Part shown: in pieces, positions 1 to 11,100 of the stretch | Layout of the letters: every line of letters begins with the position of its first letter | Numbering within the stretch: position 1 is the first letter of the stretch | Assembly: GCF_001194135.2 (NCBI RefSeq) | Contig: NC_068983.1 | Location: forward strand, 100,241,798-100,305,797 | Reading direction: 5' to 3' | From: Octopus bimaculoides | Lineage: Eukaryota | DNA: 64,000 nt | Notes under the pieces: model-generated | Told to the model about the DNA's origin: nothing | The model's database searches: none | Seen by the model: only the letters and a program-made list of their open reading frames with translations | Made by a program: the position numbers and the translations under genes

Positions 1-445
1 CTGTGGTGATTCCTGATGTGCTGGGGGCTTTCCCTGTCTTCGTACTCTCAATTGCTTTATCTACCATGGTACTGTCAATTCGAATAGCTGGTCCCTCTTC
101 ATTCTCTTTATTGAGCAATCTTTTGTAGCGGCGTCTCCAAACCTCTCTCTTTGCAGCCTCGTTTAGTGCAAGTGAATCATCATCCATGCGGACACATTTC
201 TCTCCTATGACATCACGATAATCTCTCACACACAGTCTTGCAACACGAAATACCTCAAGTCTTTGGTCCTTATGGCACAGAGCATTGGCAAATTTTTTCT
301 TATCTTCTCCTCTAGTTAAATAAACCTGTCTCCTAGCTTCCCATCTGGCAATCTGATATAATTCCCTGCTATCACCGTTCTTCCAGTCCTTCCAAGCCTG
401 TTTCTTTTCTCTAATAGTCCTGTCAACAACATTATTCCAACACTA
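1..445 (-). mobile_element. Non-LTR retrotransposon (RTE-like LINE) ORF2 fragment, endonuclease-RT linker, running off the window edge
   Basis: Manual minus-strand translation is open: WNNVVDRTIREKKQAWKDWKNG...REVWRRRYKRLLNKEN...VDKAIESTKTGKAPSTSGITT. The GKAPxxSGI motif directly precedes RT in RTE-type LINEs. It is absent from the ORF track because no stop falls inside the window. Confidence 0.8.
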
Positions 446-954
446 TGTTATATTGTGTTATGTCAAAACACGGCTGCAAGAAAACTGGATTGTTACCAAG
501 TTTTACTAAATGAAAAATTTTTCATTTGAAATATTTTGCAAATAGGGGATTTTAGAACATCTATTTTAATGACTAAGAGTAAACAAAAGGTCTGTCTTCT
601 TCGACATTATTATATTTTTCTGAAACGCTTTTCTGGTATTTACATTTTTCAGTATGGATTTCTCTACCAGAAAGGCAGTTAAAAAGTGTTAACTAAAAAA
701 GTAGCCCTGGAAATATCTCCTACTCTGAAAATGTTGAAATAATTTTCGAATACATAAAAATGAACTGTAAGAAAAAGTACACAATTAAAAACTGATAAAC
801 AGAAAAAATATATGAAACAAACATACAGAACACAGAAGGTCACAATTTGACACTCGAAACGCAAATTTCTATAGTATAAACAAGAGTACTAACAACAACA
901 AGATGCAAACTTAAAAGGATACAAGCATCTCCTTAGCTAGAATTAAAAGACAAA

Positions 955-1390
955 GGGAAGTTTTAGCGATTTGTCACATGGATTGATGCCAGGAGAATAA
1001 GAAGGATGGGGCAAAATCTTTAGTGGTATCATCTTTTTCTGAATGACCTGAGCATTATCATTCAAGAGCAACACCTGTTTATGACTGACCAATGATGGGT
1101 ACTTTTTCTGCAAATTTTGTGCAATATTTTCTATTGAACTGTTTCATTTTAATACTCCATGATAGACAACATCCTTCATATCCTACCAACACTGGGATAA
1201 CTTTTTCAGGTGTAGTCCTGGCTTGGGGAGGATGCTAACCAATGTCATTTATGTTGGATATAATTTAGAGAACCCACTTTTCATCACTTGTGGTGATTTT
1301 AGCCAGGAAAATTTGGTAGCAAATCTACTCTTCAATGACTTTTTGCTTCAGCTGAGAATCAAATGATGACGGATCCACTGACAAAGTGGA
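955..1390 (-). mobile_element. Decayed mariner transposase catalytic-domain remnant
   Basis: Minus strand encodes ITTSDEKWVL (first D motif, cf. IVTGDEKW), VLLLNDNAQ (cf. HDNARPH) and ILPHPSYSPGINPCD (cf. LPHPPYSPDLAPSD), with stops and indels. Confidence 0.75.
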
Positions 1391-1516
1391 GATATTTTTT
1401 AATTTAAGTGCTAATTCTTGTGCAGTTTGCTTTGGATGTTCCTCACCTACAGTTTCTAGAAGTTCTATATTGACATAAATTGTACATTATTTACAACTGA
1501 CATCTTGTTTGTTGTT

Positions 1517-1559
1517 AACACGTTTCAACTGATATACCCTCCAGCCTTCATCAGGTGTC
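1517..1559 (-). ncRNA. Minimal hammerhead-ribozyme motif in the Penelope terminal region (probably inactivated copy)
   Basis: Minus strand reads GACAC-CUGAUGA-A-GGCUG-(GAGGGUAUAU)-CAGUU-GAAAC-GUGUU. The CUGAUGA and GAAAC cores are intact, stem I is GACAC/GUGUU and stem II is GGCUG/CAGUU. There is no NUH triplet between GAAAC and stem I. Confidence 0.65.
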
Positions 1560-1644
1560 TTGGGGAAATTTCGAACCTAGGTTCTCACTCCTAAGGTATT
1601 TTTCGATGTTGTCGTTGTTTATTATTATTATTATTATTATTATT

Positions 1645-1722
1645 CAGGTCGCTGCCTGGAATCGAACTTGGAATCTTGAGGTTAGTAGCCTGCGCTCTTA
1701 ACCACTATACGCCATATGCCTG
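1645..1722 (-). mobile_element. tRNA-derived Pol III-type cassette inside the Penelope 3' region
   Basis: A-box-like TGGCGTATAGTGG (1702-1714), anticodon-like loop CT-ACT-AA and B box GTTCGATTCC (1658-1667), followed by an (AAT)n run at 1620-1644. Confidence 0.7.
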
Positions 1723-3360
1723 TGTGCAATTATAGAGTGAATTTTAGGGCTTATAAATCTAATATTCTCTTATCCTTCCTTAATACTGGTTCCCATATGT
1801 TGTTCATATCTGCACTCGGTCTGCTTAGGAGGTTGTTGTGTCCTAGCATATGTGCTGCTTCTTTTAGTTTTCGTATTTTCCAGTGGTGTTTTCTGTCTAT
1901 TATTTCAACTTCATCCCACAGGGGGAAGTGGTTTCCATTTTTTCATACATGATCAGCTATACCCGATTTATCAATATCTCCCCATGTCACAGCTTTGCGA
2001 TGTTCCTCTACCCTTATTTTGAGGGGGCGACATGTTTCACCTTTGTATAACCTACCACAGCTGCATGGGATGGAGTACACGCATTTCTTAGTCATATTCT
2101 CTTCTGTTGGTGGTTTTACTCGAAGGAGATATTTGCAAAGTGTTGTATTACTTTTGAATACTGTCCTGATGTCATATGGGCCGCATATCTTTTGTATCTT
2201 TTTGAAGAGACCTTTCACATAGAGTAGACATCCTCTCTTTTCTATAAAACTTGGTCGTCCAGATTGATATGAATCTGCAAGAGACAAAGATTCCCGAGTG
2301 AAACTGGCCAAAGCATCTTTAGCTTGTCTAGACACTTAGAATATCAGTTTCTGAGACAGAATGAATATTTCATTCTACTTCCATTGCTGAACAACTCCTT
2401 TCAAATTAATGCGGCATGCGTTGTCTGATATAGGTCAGATCTAAACTCATTTAAAAAGGGTAAAATTGATATGAATTTAACCACTATGGTATAAAATAAT
2501 CGTCAAAAAAGTAAAAGATATTAGAATGTAAAAATTAATGCTTATTCTACTGGAAGTATTGAAAATGTACCCTCAAAGTTATGTCAAAAATGTGACAAGA
2601 CTTACTTTGCTATCAGAAATTCTCTCTCTCTCTCTCTCTCTCTCTGTATCATTTTAATCGATCAAATATGTGATCAAGTGTTAAGTGTTGCATTGCAGCA
2701 TTTTGAGGTATGCTATTCTATTTAAAACGTACGCAGCAGATAGACCATGAATAAATCTCCATTCCTTTGTGCTTTTCTATTCACACAATATTTAAATTAC
2801 TTAAATAAAAGTATAATAATATTGGTGCTGACAATGATCATGAACATTGTTCTCTGTTACTGCCCTTGAAATTTTGCAAAAATCCCCAATGGCTAGCTTA
2901 AATCCCGAGGAGAGAGCTGCAAGCATAGGGGTTGGTGTGAAAGTAAGAAACAATTTAAAAAGGAAGTGATGAGACGTTTATGAATGTTGGTGCTTATACA
3001 TTGCTTTTGTATTTTATAAATTTTGTAATTTTTGTTTTCCTTCCTTCCTTCCCCACATTTTTCTTTCTTTTTTTTTAAACTTTTATAATTTTCTGTAATT
3101 TTGGGTGGACGTATATACGTCCTGTTTACCACGCCATAGTTGTCATAACATAAGAAGTTTTCTCACAAACTGGGTACGTGATTGGTTTTTGAAAAGTTTG
3201 AGAAATTAGACTCAATTTTACAGTGCTTATTTATACAATCCTGCCATATCAGTCTGAACACAAACATGGATTTCTTAACCCGGATCTTAAATGGTATGTA
3301 ATGTATTTAATAATTTGATTAATTCAAATAAATCTTACAGAACTATAACTGGAGCAAGAT

Positions 3361-5340
3361 ATGAGTGATAGAACTTTGAAAACAGAACATTCCTCAGATA
3401 ATGACCGTGAAGCACCAGATAAGAAGAAGGCTAGATGGGCATCGTATGAAAAAAAACTTCCGCAAAAATTGTGCGATGAAAAATTTTCTAGTTGGTTGGA
3501 GCGAGGCAAGAACGATTCAGCTAAAGNNNNNNNNNNNNNNNNNNNNNNNNNNNNNNNNNNNNNNNNNNNNNNNNNNNNNNNNNNNNNNNNNNNNNNNNNN
3601 NNNNNNNNNNNNNNNNNNNNNNNNNNNNNNNNNNNNNNNNNNNNNNNNNNNNNNNNNNNNNNNNNNNNNNNNNNNNNNNNNNNNNNNNNNNNNNNNNNNN
3701 NNNNNNNNNNNNNNNNNNNNNNNNNNNNNNNNNNNNNNNNNNNNNNNNNNNNNNNNNNNNNNNNNNNNNNNNNNNNNNNNNNNNNNNNNNNNNNNNNNNN
3801 NNNNNNCCCAATTTCTATTTTGGACCACTTACCTGGCCTTGTTGCAAACACCTGTCCTGATTCTAAAATCGTCCAGGATGCAAAGTGTGCCCGAACGAAA
3901 GGCACATACATCTTTCTTAAAGCCATTGGCCCCTACGGCATCAACGCTTTATTAAAAAAAAAACTTCATTCATCAAAATTCTCACTCGTTATTGATGAAA
4001 CAACTGATGTTTCAACACTAAAACATCTTGTCCTGGTTTCCAGATATTATGACGTTGAAATTCAAAAGACAGTCGACGATTTTCTTACACTTATAGAAAA
4101 ACAGGATTGCAGTGCTACAGGTATATACAACTGTCTTCTATCATTTTTAAACGAACACGCTCTTCCTCTGGAAAATTTGATTGGTTTCGTCTGTGATAAT
4201 GCAAATGTTATGATGGGAAGCAAAGGAGGCGTTCAGCACTTGTTGAAGCAGAACAGACCAGATCTTTTTGTGCAAGCCTGTATTTATCCTTCTTTACACT
4301 TATGTTCATCAAACACATGCAATGAATTACCGAATTCTGTCAAAGAATTGACAAGAAGTATATATGCATACTTTAGTCACAGTCCTAAGCGTATCAACGA
4401 ATTCAAAGATCTGCAGAAAATAGCTTCAATTGATCCTCACAAAATCCTGCATGCAAGTTGCACTAGATGGTTGTCTCTCAAGCAAGTTGTGCAGAACATT
4501 TTAGAGCAGTGGCCAACACTGCTGGCATATTTCACACAAGCAACATTAGAGGGTGGGTGTCCGATTACGGCTCGATGAATTCTCACTGAAATGAAGAATC
4601 CTCTTACAAAGATGTATTTAGCATTTATCTCTTTCATTTTAAACAACGTTAACAAGCTTATTCTGGAATTCCAGGCTGAAGGCTATTGGATGCATAAACT
4701 TAAAAGAGCCATCAACGCTGGAATGAAAGGAATTTTGAGCAATTTCATCAGACCTGATTTGCTTTCTGTCATCAATGTGTGTGAAATTAATGCCAACGAT
4801 GCAACGACACACCAACCATTAGATTGTATCTACTTTGGCGCTGTAGCTGAGAGAATTTTGTATGAAAATGCTACCACCATTGCCCCTGATGAATTGTTGA
4901 CTTTCTGACAGAATATACTACAATTCTTTGTTAGTCTTTCAAATCAAATGCTCGTGCAGTTTTCGTCTTGCAATATGCAGAACAATTTGGGATTACTAGA
5001 AGCGTTGGACCCAACCAACGTAGTTGAAGGAAGGCCAAGGTCAATTATACCACTTATCATGCGATTCGCAAGTCTTTGTGATGAAAACGATTTCGAAGAA
5101 ATTATTCAGGAATGGCGCCACTTGACGGTTCAAGGTTGTTCTTTCATCCTGTATAATGAGCCAGAAGAATTTTGGTTTTTGCTGTTCCACAAGAGAAATG
5201 TTGTCATCCTTGATGCTCAGTCTTCTTTCTTTACCACACTCCTCTGCATCGTCAGAAAGAATTTTATTTGTTTTCACAATATCAAAACTAAAAATCGAAA
5301 TTGCTTGAAAACTACGCTTAATGCTCTTATGAGGTCGTAA
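3361..5340 (+). pseudogene. Decayed hAT-superfamily transposase (ZBED/SCAND3-like), partly in an N-gap
   Basis: FSLVIDETTDVS (catalytic D), GFVCDNANVMMG (second D), CIYPSLHL (degenerate CxxH), CTRWLSL, and the hATC motif LSLPHSSASSERI in an alternative frame at 5225-5263. In-frame stops at 4576-4578 and 4906-4908 plus a frameshift. Confidence 0.85.
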
Positions 5341-6608
5341 ACTTTGTTACAAAATATCGATTGTACGACGTGNNNNNNNNNNNNNNNNNNNNNNNNNNNN
5401 NNNNNNNNNNNNNNNNNNNNNNNNNNNNNNNNNNNNNNNNNNNNNNNNNNNNNNNNNNNNNNNNNNNNNNNNNNNNNNNNNNNNNNNNNNNNNNNNNNNN
5501 NNNNNNNNNNNNNNNNNNNNNNNNNNNNNNNNNNNNNNNNNNNNNNNNNNNNNNNNNNNNNNNNNNNNNNNNNNNNNNNNNNNNNNNNNNNNNNNNNNNN
5601 NNNNNNNNNNNNNNNNNNNNNNNNNNNNNNNNNNNNNNNNNNNNNNNNNNNNNNNNNNNNNNNNNNNNNNNNNNNNNNNNNNNNNNNNNNNNNNNNNNNN
5701 NNNNNNNNNNNNNNNNNNNNNNNNNNNNNNNNNNNNNNNNNNNNNNNNNNNNNNNNNNNNNNNNNNNNNNNNNNNNNNNNNNNNNNNNNNNNNNNNNNNN
5801 NNNNNNNNNNNNNNNNNNNNNNNNNNNNNNNNNNNNNNNNNNNNNNNNNNNNNNNNNNNNNNNNNNNNNNNNNNNNNNNNNNNNNNNNNNNNNNNNNNNN
5901 NNNNNNNNNNNNNNNNNNNNNNNNNNNNNNNNNNNNNNNNNNNNNNNNNNNNNNNNNNNNNNNNNNNNNNNNNNNNNNNNNNNNNNNNNNNNNNNNNNNN
6001 NNNNNNNNNNNNNNNNNNNNNNNNNNNNNNNNNNNNNNNNNNNNNNNNNNNNNNNNNNNNNNNNNNNNNNNNNNNNNNNNNNNNNNNNNNNNNNNNNNNN
6101 NNNNNNNNNNNNNNNNNNNNNNNNNNNNNNNNNNNNNNNNNNNNNNNNNNNNNNNNNNNNNNNNNNNNNNNNNNNNNNNNAACGCCTTAGCCTCGCCAAC
6201 GCCCATGGTAACGCTGCGAACGTGCTGGCTTGTTTCAGTTGGTTCTGTTGAACCTTGTGGTGTGCGACCAGTTGAAGCGCTTGGTGCTGCTTTGTAATTT
6301 TTTTTCTCTTTCTTCCCCACAAATGGTTTCAATACAGTTTTAGCAGAAAGATTTGGAAGAATTAGGAGAAAGTTCTGCGGTAATTTTCTTTCATATAAAT
6401 AAATGTTTATGTTAATTAAAGAATTTGCCAGCAAAATCTTATAAAATGACAATGTTCTAAAAGATGTACATGTTTATATGTTATATAGGAAAAAAAATTC
6501 CTAATATCTGTGACAATATACTGAATTCATTCAGTGTTTGAGCTTTGGATTTACAAATTGGGTAGCTAGCAGAAAGTGAATTTACAACTTATGTGGATTA
6601 CTGTGCAT

Positions 6609-6644
<36 letters not shown>

Positions 6645-6654
6645 NNNNNNNNNN

Positions 6655-6689
<35 letters not shown>

Positions 6690-7041
6690 TAAGCCTATGT
6701 ACCGTCATAGAGTGACCAATGGTTTCGCATCCACAAAGGGCTTAGCTCCTTGGACGTCTTGTCAGATATATGTAAAAATATGTATGTGTGTATATATGTA
6801 GCCAAAAAGCCAAATGACAGCGTTTTACTTCTTTCAGAGTAAGGAATGTTTCTGTTTGTGATACTAATATAGTTGACAAAATTCCAATACAATTTAATTT
6901 GCTTTGTTTGACTGTGGATCAGAAACACAAATACATATATTCGAACCGGTGCATATATGCATACTTACACAAGCACATATATACATATTACATATGCATA
7001 AGTATTTCATTTTCATTGGTGTTGTGGTGATAGATTTGAAT

Positions 7042-8008
7042 CATACCTACATGTGTGCCCCCCGCTGACTTTCAGAAAAATGAACTTGCTATGAAATTTT
7101 TGTCAAATACCTTTTAAATGGTGTAGGTTACGATTATATCAGAATTTGATGTAAAAAAAAAAAAAAAAATTGGTGGCCGCTCACACATACATACCAATAC
7201 ATCACAATTTTTCTAAAATTTTAAGTTTCATTGTGTAGATGAATGTCAGTATGTGTGCATGTCACCATTTTTCTTTTTTTCACATTAATTTCCTATATAA
7301 TTGGAATGTACATCCCATAAAAGTGTTTGTAGAAGATTTGATTAAAAATGTCATGAGGAAACAAAGTTAACTCATTTCCGCAACTTCAAAATAGTTTTCA
7401 GAACAAATATCAATATAATTTGGATCTAATTTGAAAACAATTTGTATTTTAATGTGGTTTTGTATTATACATATATCATATTCATGTGATGTATATGTAA
7501 TTATCTCTGCTGGTAAAAAAGAACAATAATTTTTTTGCCAGAATCTATACCTAATGAAATGTAGGCTGTGTGGTAAGTAGCTTGCTTTCCAACCACATGG
7601 TTCCGGGTTCAGTCCCACTGTGTGGCACCTTGGGCAAGTGTCTTCTACTATAGCCTCGGGCCGACCAAAGCCTTGTGAGTGGATTTGGTAGACGGAAAAT
7701 GAAAGAAGCCCGTCGTATATATGTATATATATATATGTATGCGTGTTTGTCCCCCCACCATCGCTTGACAACCGATGCTGGTGTGTTTATGTCCCCGTAA
7801 CTTAGCGGTTCGGCAAAAAGAGACCAATAGAATAAGTACTAGGCTTACAAAGAATAAGTCCTGGGGTCGATTTGCTCGACTAAAGGCGGTGCTCCAGCAT
7901 GGCTGCAGTCAAATGACTGAAAACAAGTAAAAGAGTAACAAATATCTATTTTTTAAAAAAGAAATGACGAAACAAAGTCGCGGGGGCACACACGATTGTG
8001 TAGGTATG
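7042..8008. mobile_element. Possible non-autonomous TIR element carrying a nested SINE
   Basis: Imperfect inverted repeats CATACCTACATGTGTGCCCCCCGCTGACTTT (7042-7072) and AAAGTCGCGGGGGCACACACGATTGTGTAGGTATG (7974-8008). Confidence 0.4.
7561..7937 (+). mobile_element. tRNA-headed SINE, family C (working label; internal TA/TG microsatellite)
   Basis: Head GGCTGTGTGGTAAG...GGTTCAGTCCC, body GGCACCTTGGGCAAGTGTCTTCTACTATAGCC, tail CAGTCAAATGACTGAAAACAAGTAAAAGAG. Homologous copies occur at 14.6, 29.0, 29.6, 36.0, 38.7 and 51.5 kb. Confidence 0.85.
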
Positions 8009-8749
8009 CCAGATTTAAAATGTTCCCATATTCTTTCCAGCAATAATTCTGTCTGGATACTTGGATTTGACATTAGGAGATGACAATTAAGAGCAGGAAA
8101 CAAATTTTGGTTTAGATTGTGGCCAAAAGATATATATCGTTCTGGTCTTTGTGCTATAGCTTCAGAAAAATTATAAAACATTATATCAAATACTTGAGCT
8201 GAAACATTTTTATTGGTCTGGCTTGAAATCTGTGTTAAACAATGTTACAAAAAAAGTGTGTTCCTTAAAAGGTATGACATACTGTCATGATAAGACCGCG
8301 CAGATCATTGTTGAAACAAATATATATATATATTTCTAAGAAGAATCTAATAACATTTGAAAATGTGGGAAGAAAATCTAGCCATCTCCATATCAGGTTA
8401 TTTGAAAGAAAATTCTTTCAGCAGAGACTGGAAAACTCAAATGCTCACATAAATACTGACTAAACACTTCTCTTGCAATTACCTGTGATTATTAATAAAA
8501 CAGAGATTATTTAGAGACTATAAAGAATTTTTTGGTCAGTAAGAGTTACTTACCCTGATTGAACTCTCACCTAAATTGTATTTGGTGCAACAGGCAAACT
8601 TCAAAACTTTTTATTGATGTTGTAAGTTTCATTGAAGAACTCTACACATGTTCATTGACCGGTAGCAAGTACCAAATACACTTAGCATTATTTTAATTTG
8701 TATTTATTTTCATATCTAAACCACAAACAGAATATCATTTCATTGTTTA

Positions 8750-10439
8750 TCTATGACAAACGCAAACTCCTGTTTATCACAATATGCCTCGAATTATCAC
8801 CTAATATTTACTAATGCGCTTTCTGTTGATATTACCAATAGTTATGTTGATTTCAGCTACAATATTATTTTTCTAATGATGGAAATACATATTCCTGGAC
8901 CAAATTCGTGATCAATACCAGGTAATGTTGATTTTTTTCCCTTTACTTTACTCTTTGAAATATCACCTAATTTGTGCGACAAGTTTTGTTGCTTTTGGCA
9001 AGACTTTATTTCAATTCATTATTGAAAATGTGTACGTATTTACTAAAAGTTGTTACGCTTCCTGATTTTATTTCATCGCACATGTTTGCAATCTTTATGA
9101 AACATTCATAGAAAAGTTTCAAAAACTTTTCGAACATTTTACATCTTCAGTTGTCGTGTTTTGTTAGATTTAATAAAGTAAAAAAAAAAAAAAGAATAAC
9201 AAGGCGAAACACCCATACACTTTCACTGGTTTATTGTAAGTCTGAGTTCTCTTTCGATTTAAACCCTGATTCGACTTATATTTATTTTAGTTTGAAAGCT
9301 ATTTAATAAAGTAGCTTTTAAAATCAAGGAAGTTTTTGCTGCACATCTTATACGAATTCTCTCATTCAAATCAAACTGATTTATCGACCCTACAAGAAAA
9401 ACGTTCAGCCTGGCGATTGTTAAGACTTGAACTTGTGACTATAGCGTTTAATTGTCAGCGATCAACTTATGATACATTTCTGTTTAAATTTTGTGATTTC
9501 TTTTACCTCACGTAAAGGGCGCACATGTAGGTTGTGATGGGATTAGAAATCGAAACCGCGCAACAGTAAACTATATTAAGTCATTTAATTATAGTTCATT
9601 AACATTTCCAATACAGCTGCTGATGGTAATATGAATCTTAAGATATTGCAGTATAGACATTTCGAAATTGTCTTTCGTTTCACTCAAGCTAAATTTTCTT
9701 AAAAATGATAAAATAAATCAATACATTTTTATTATTTTTTTTTCTTGCTTAAAACTAAACTATTATATATTTCGAACATACTGACACAAACAAGTTAATA
9801 GGATATTTGATCTTTCTTTACAACTAACTGCTTAAATTATTTGTATGCCTCTCCATGTGAATTGAAGCTGGATTACCTGTTATTGAAATTTGGGTGTAGC
9901 TTAAGTGATAGTCCGCCCATGAATGTCATTATTGGAGATTGTGTCTCTAATCCATCTCCTTGCTTTGTAAATCTTGGCGGAACCAGGTTGTTCATAAAAA
10001 CCAGAAACATTTTTGCCTTATTTTGAATTTATCATTGGTCCAGCTACAACAATTGCCAAGTTATTCGTGTTTTCAAAATAAGCTTTCAGTGGAATCTTAT
10101 ATCAAAACGAAATTGCTTTAAATTTCTTAGAAATCTATCTGGCTCTTATTTCGATAGTCCAATTTCATAAAATTCAGTCTTTCTTCAGGCACCTGTGTAT
10201 AATCTGTGACTGGTGTTAACAAAACTTAGCATTTAGCTTCCACAAAAGGTGTGCAACAGGTTTCAGGAAATTATTTTGTTCCTTGATTTCCGTTTATCCA
10301 ACCGCAGAATTATACACTCGAGAATGTGTTCGTTGCTAAGCAGTACAATGTCTCATAGTTTTGAGTTCTAACCCCATCTTAATTCCACTGTAGTTTATCT
10401 GTGCGAAAGTGACAAAATATAATACCTTGTCTTTAAAAT

Positions 10440-10475
<36 letters not shown>

Positions 10476-11100
10476 ACACACAACCCTGATATTTGCTCTG
10501 CAAATTTTCCTTTAACTGAGTTTTTGTGTTTGATAAAGAAAGAAATCGCATTGAATTAATAAATATACCTTTCCTCACTTAGAGAGATATCGCTGAAGTC
10601 AACACGAAAAGAGAGGTTATCGAATTAGTTATTGGCTTCATCTTTTGTGATGTTATTTACGTTGCCCGATCCATCGAGATAATCTCAGATTGTCTTGTAT
10701 CAATGAAAATTACACAAAGAATTAATATTCCATCTTCAAAAGATGTGAACATACACTCTTGCGCTCGCTATTATTATTTTTTTCTTGTATATTCTTGCAT
10801 TTTCTTCTTTTTTCCATATCGTCTCATTTTCTGTCTTTAATTCCCGTTCTGATTCTGAATAACTATTTCTTTCTATATCACTATTTGGAAAACTGTCTAT
10901 TGTGGAGCAAACTATGTCGATTGTCATGTACGCATAGAATTATATCTTGCTTGGCTATATCTGCTAATACTGCGTGTTGTGAGCTGAGAGTGGAGGACTT
11001 TTCGGATATAGGTAGGATAGGAAAACGCCTTAAAATTGTAAAAATTAGAATGAACTGAAATGTTGAGTAGCTCTCAACCAGTTTTTATCTACGGATCCTT
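8750..11100 (+). promoter_or_regulatory. CpG-retaining zone, candidate promoter and non-coding first exon of VEPH1
   Basis: About 50 CpGs by manual count here, against only a handful in 11.1-12.7 kb. Donor-like sites at CAG|GTAATG (8921/8922) and TAG|GTAGGA (11011/11012). The ATG exon starts with an acceptor, so an upstream exon is required. Confidence 0.45.

Larger units (their letters stand above)
1500..2335 (-). mobile_element. 5'-truncated Penelope-like element (Penelope/Poseidon type): RT thumb/linker, C-terminal GIY-YIG endonuclease and 3' terminal region
   Basis: ORF 1943-2335 has LLYVKGLFKKIQKICGPYDIRTVFKS and CVYSIPCSCGRLYKGETCRPLKIRVEEH...SGIADH (GIY-YIG with CxC/H/H residues). The frame continues past a TGA at 1943-1945 (KNGNHFPLWDEVEIID...RKLKEAAHM) to TAA at 1751-1753. 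Downstream are a tRNA-like segment, (AAT)n and a hammerhead-like motif. Confidence 0.85.

Noticed and set aside
1645-1722. tRNA gene calls here and at the SINE heads (17030-17100, 21669-21740, 34995-35066, 53140-53215)
   Set aside because: A/B boxes are present, but acceptor and anticodon stems are imperfect and the heads are fused to repeat bodies with tails or TSDs. They are tRNA-derived, not tRNA genes.
1943-1945. In-frame TGA in the Penelope endonuclease as a possible selenocysteine
   Set aside because: It sits where Trp is expected (DHV-W), so TGG>TGA is the simplest explanation. The selenoprotein-encoding PLEs (Naiads) have an N-terminal endonuclease, unlike this element, and no SECIS was identified.
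3324-6452. Long ORFs containing X runs (also 13.6-14.2, 30.9-31.3 and 36.2-37.2 kb)
   Set aside because: They are artefacts of translating through N-gaps.
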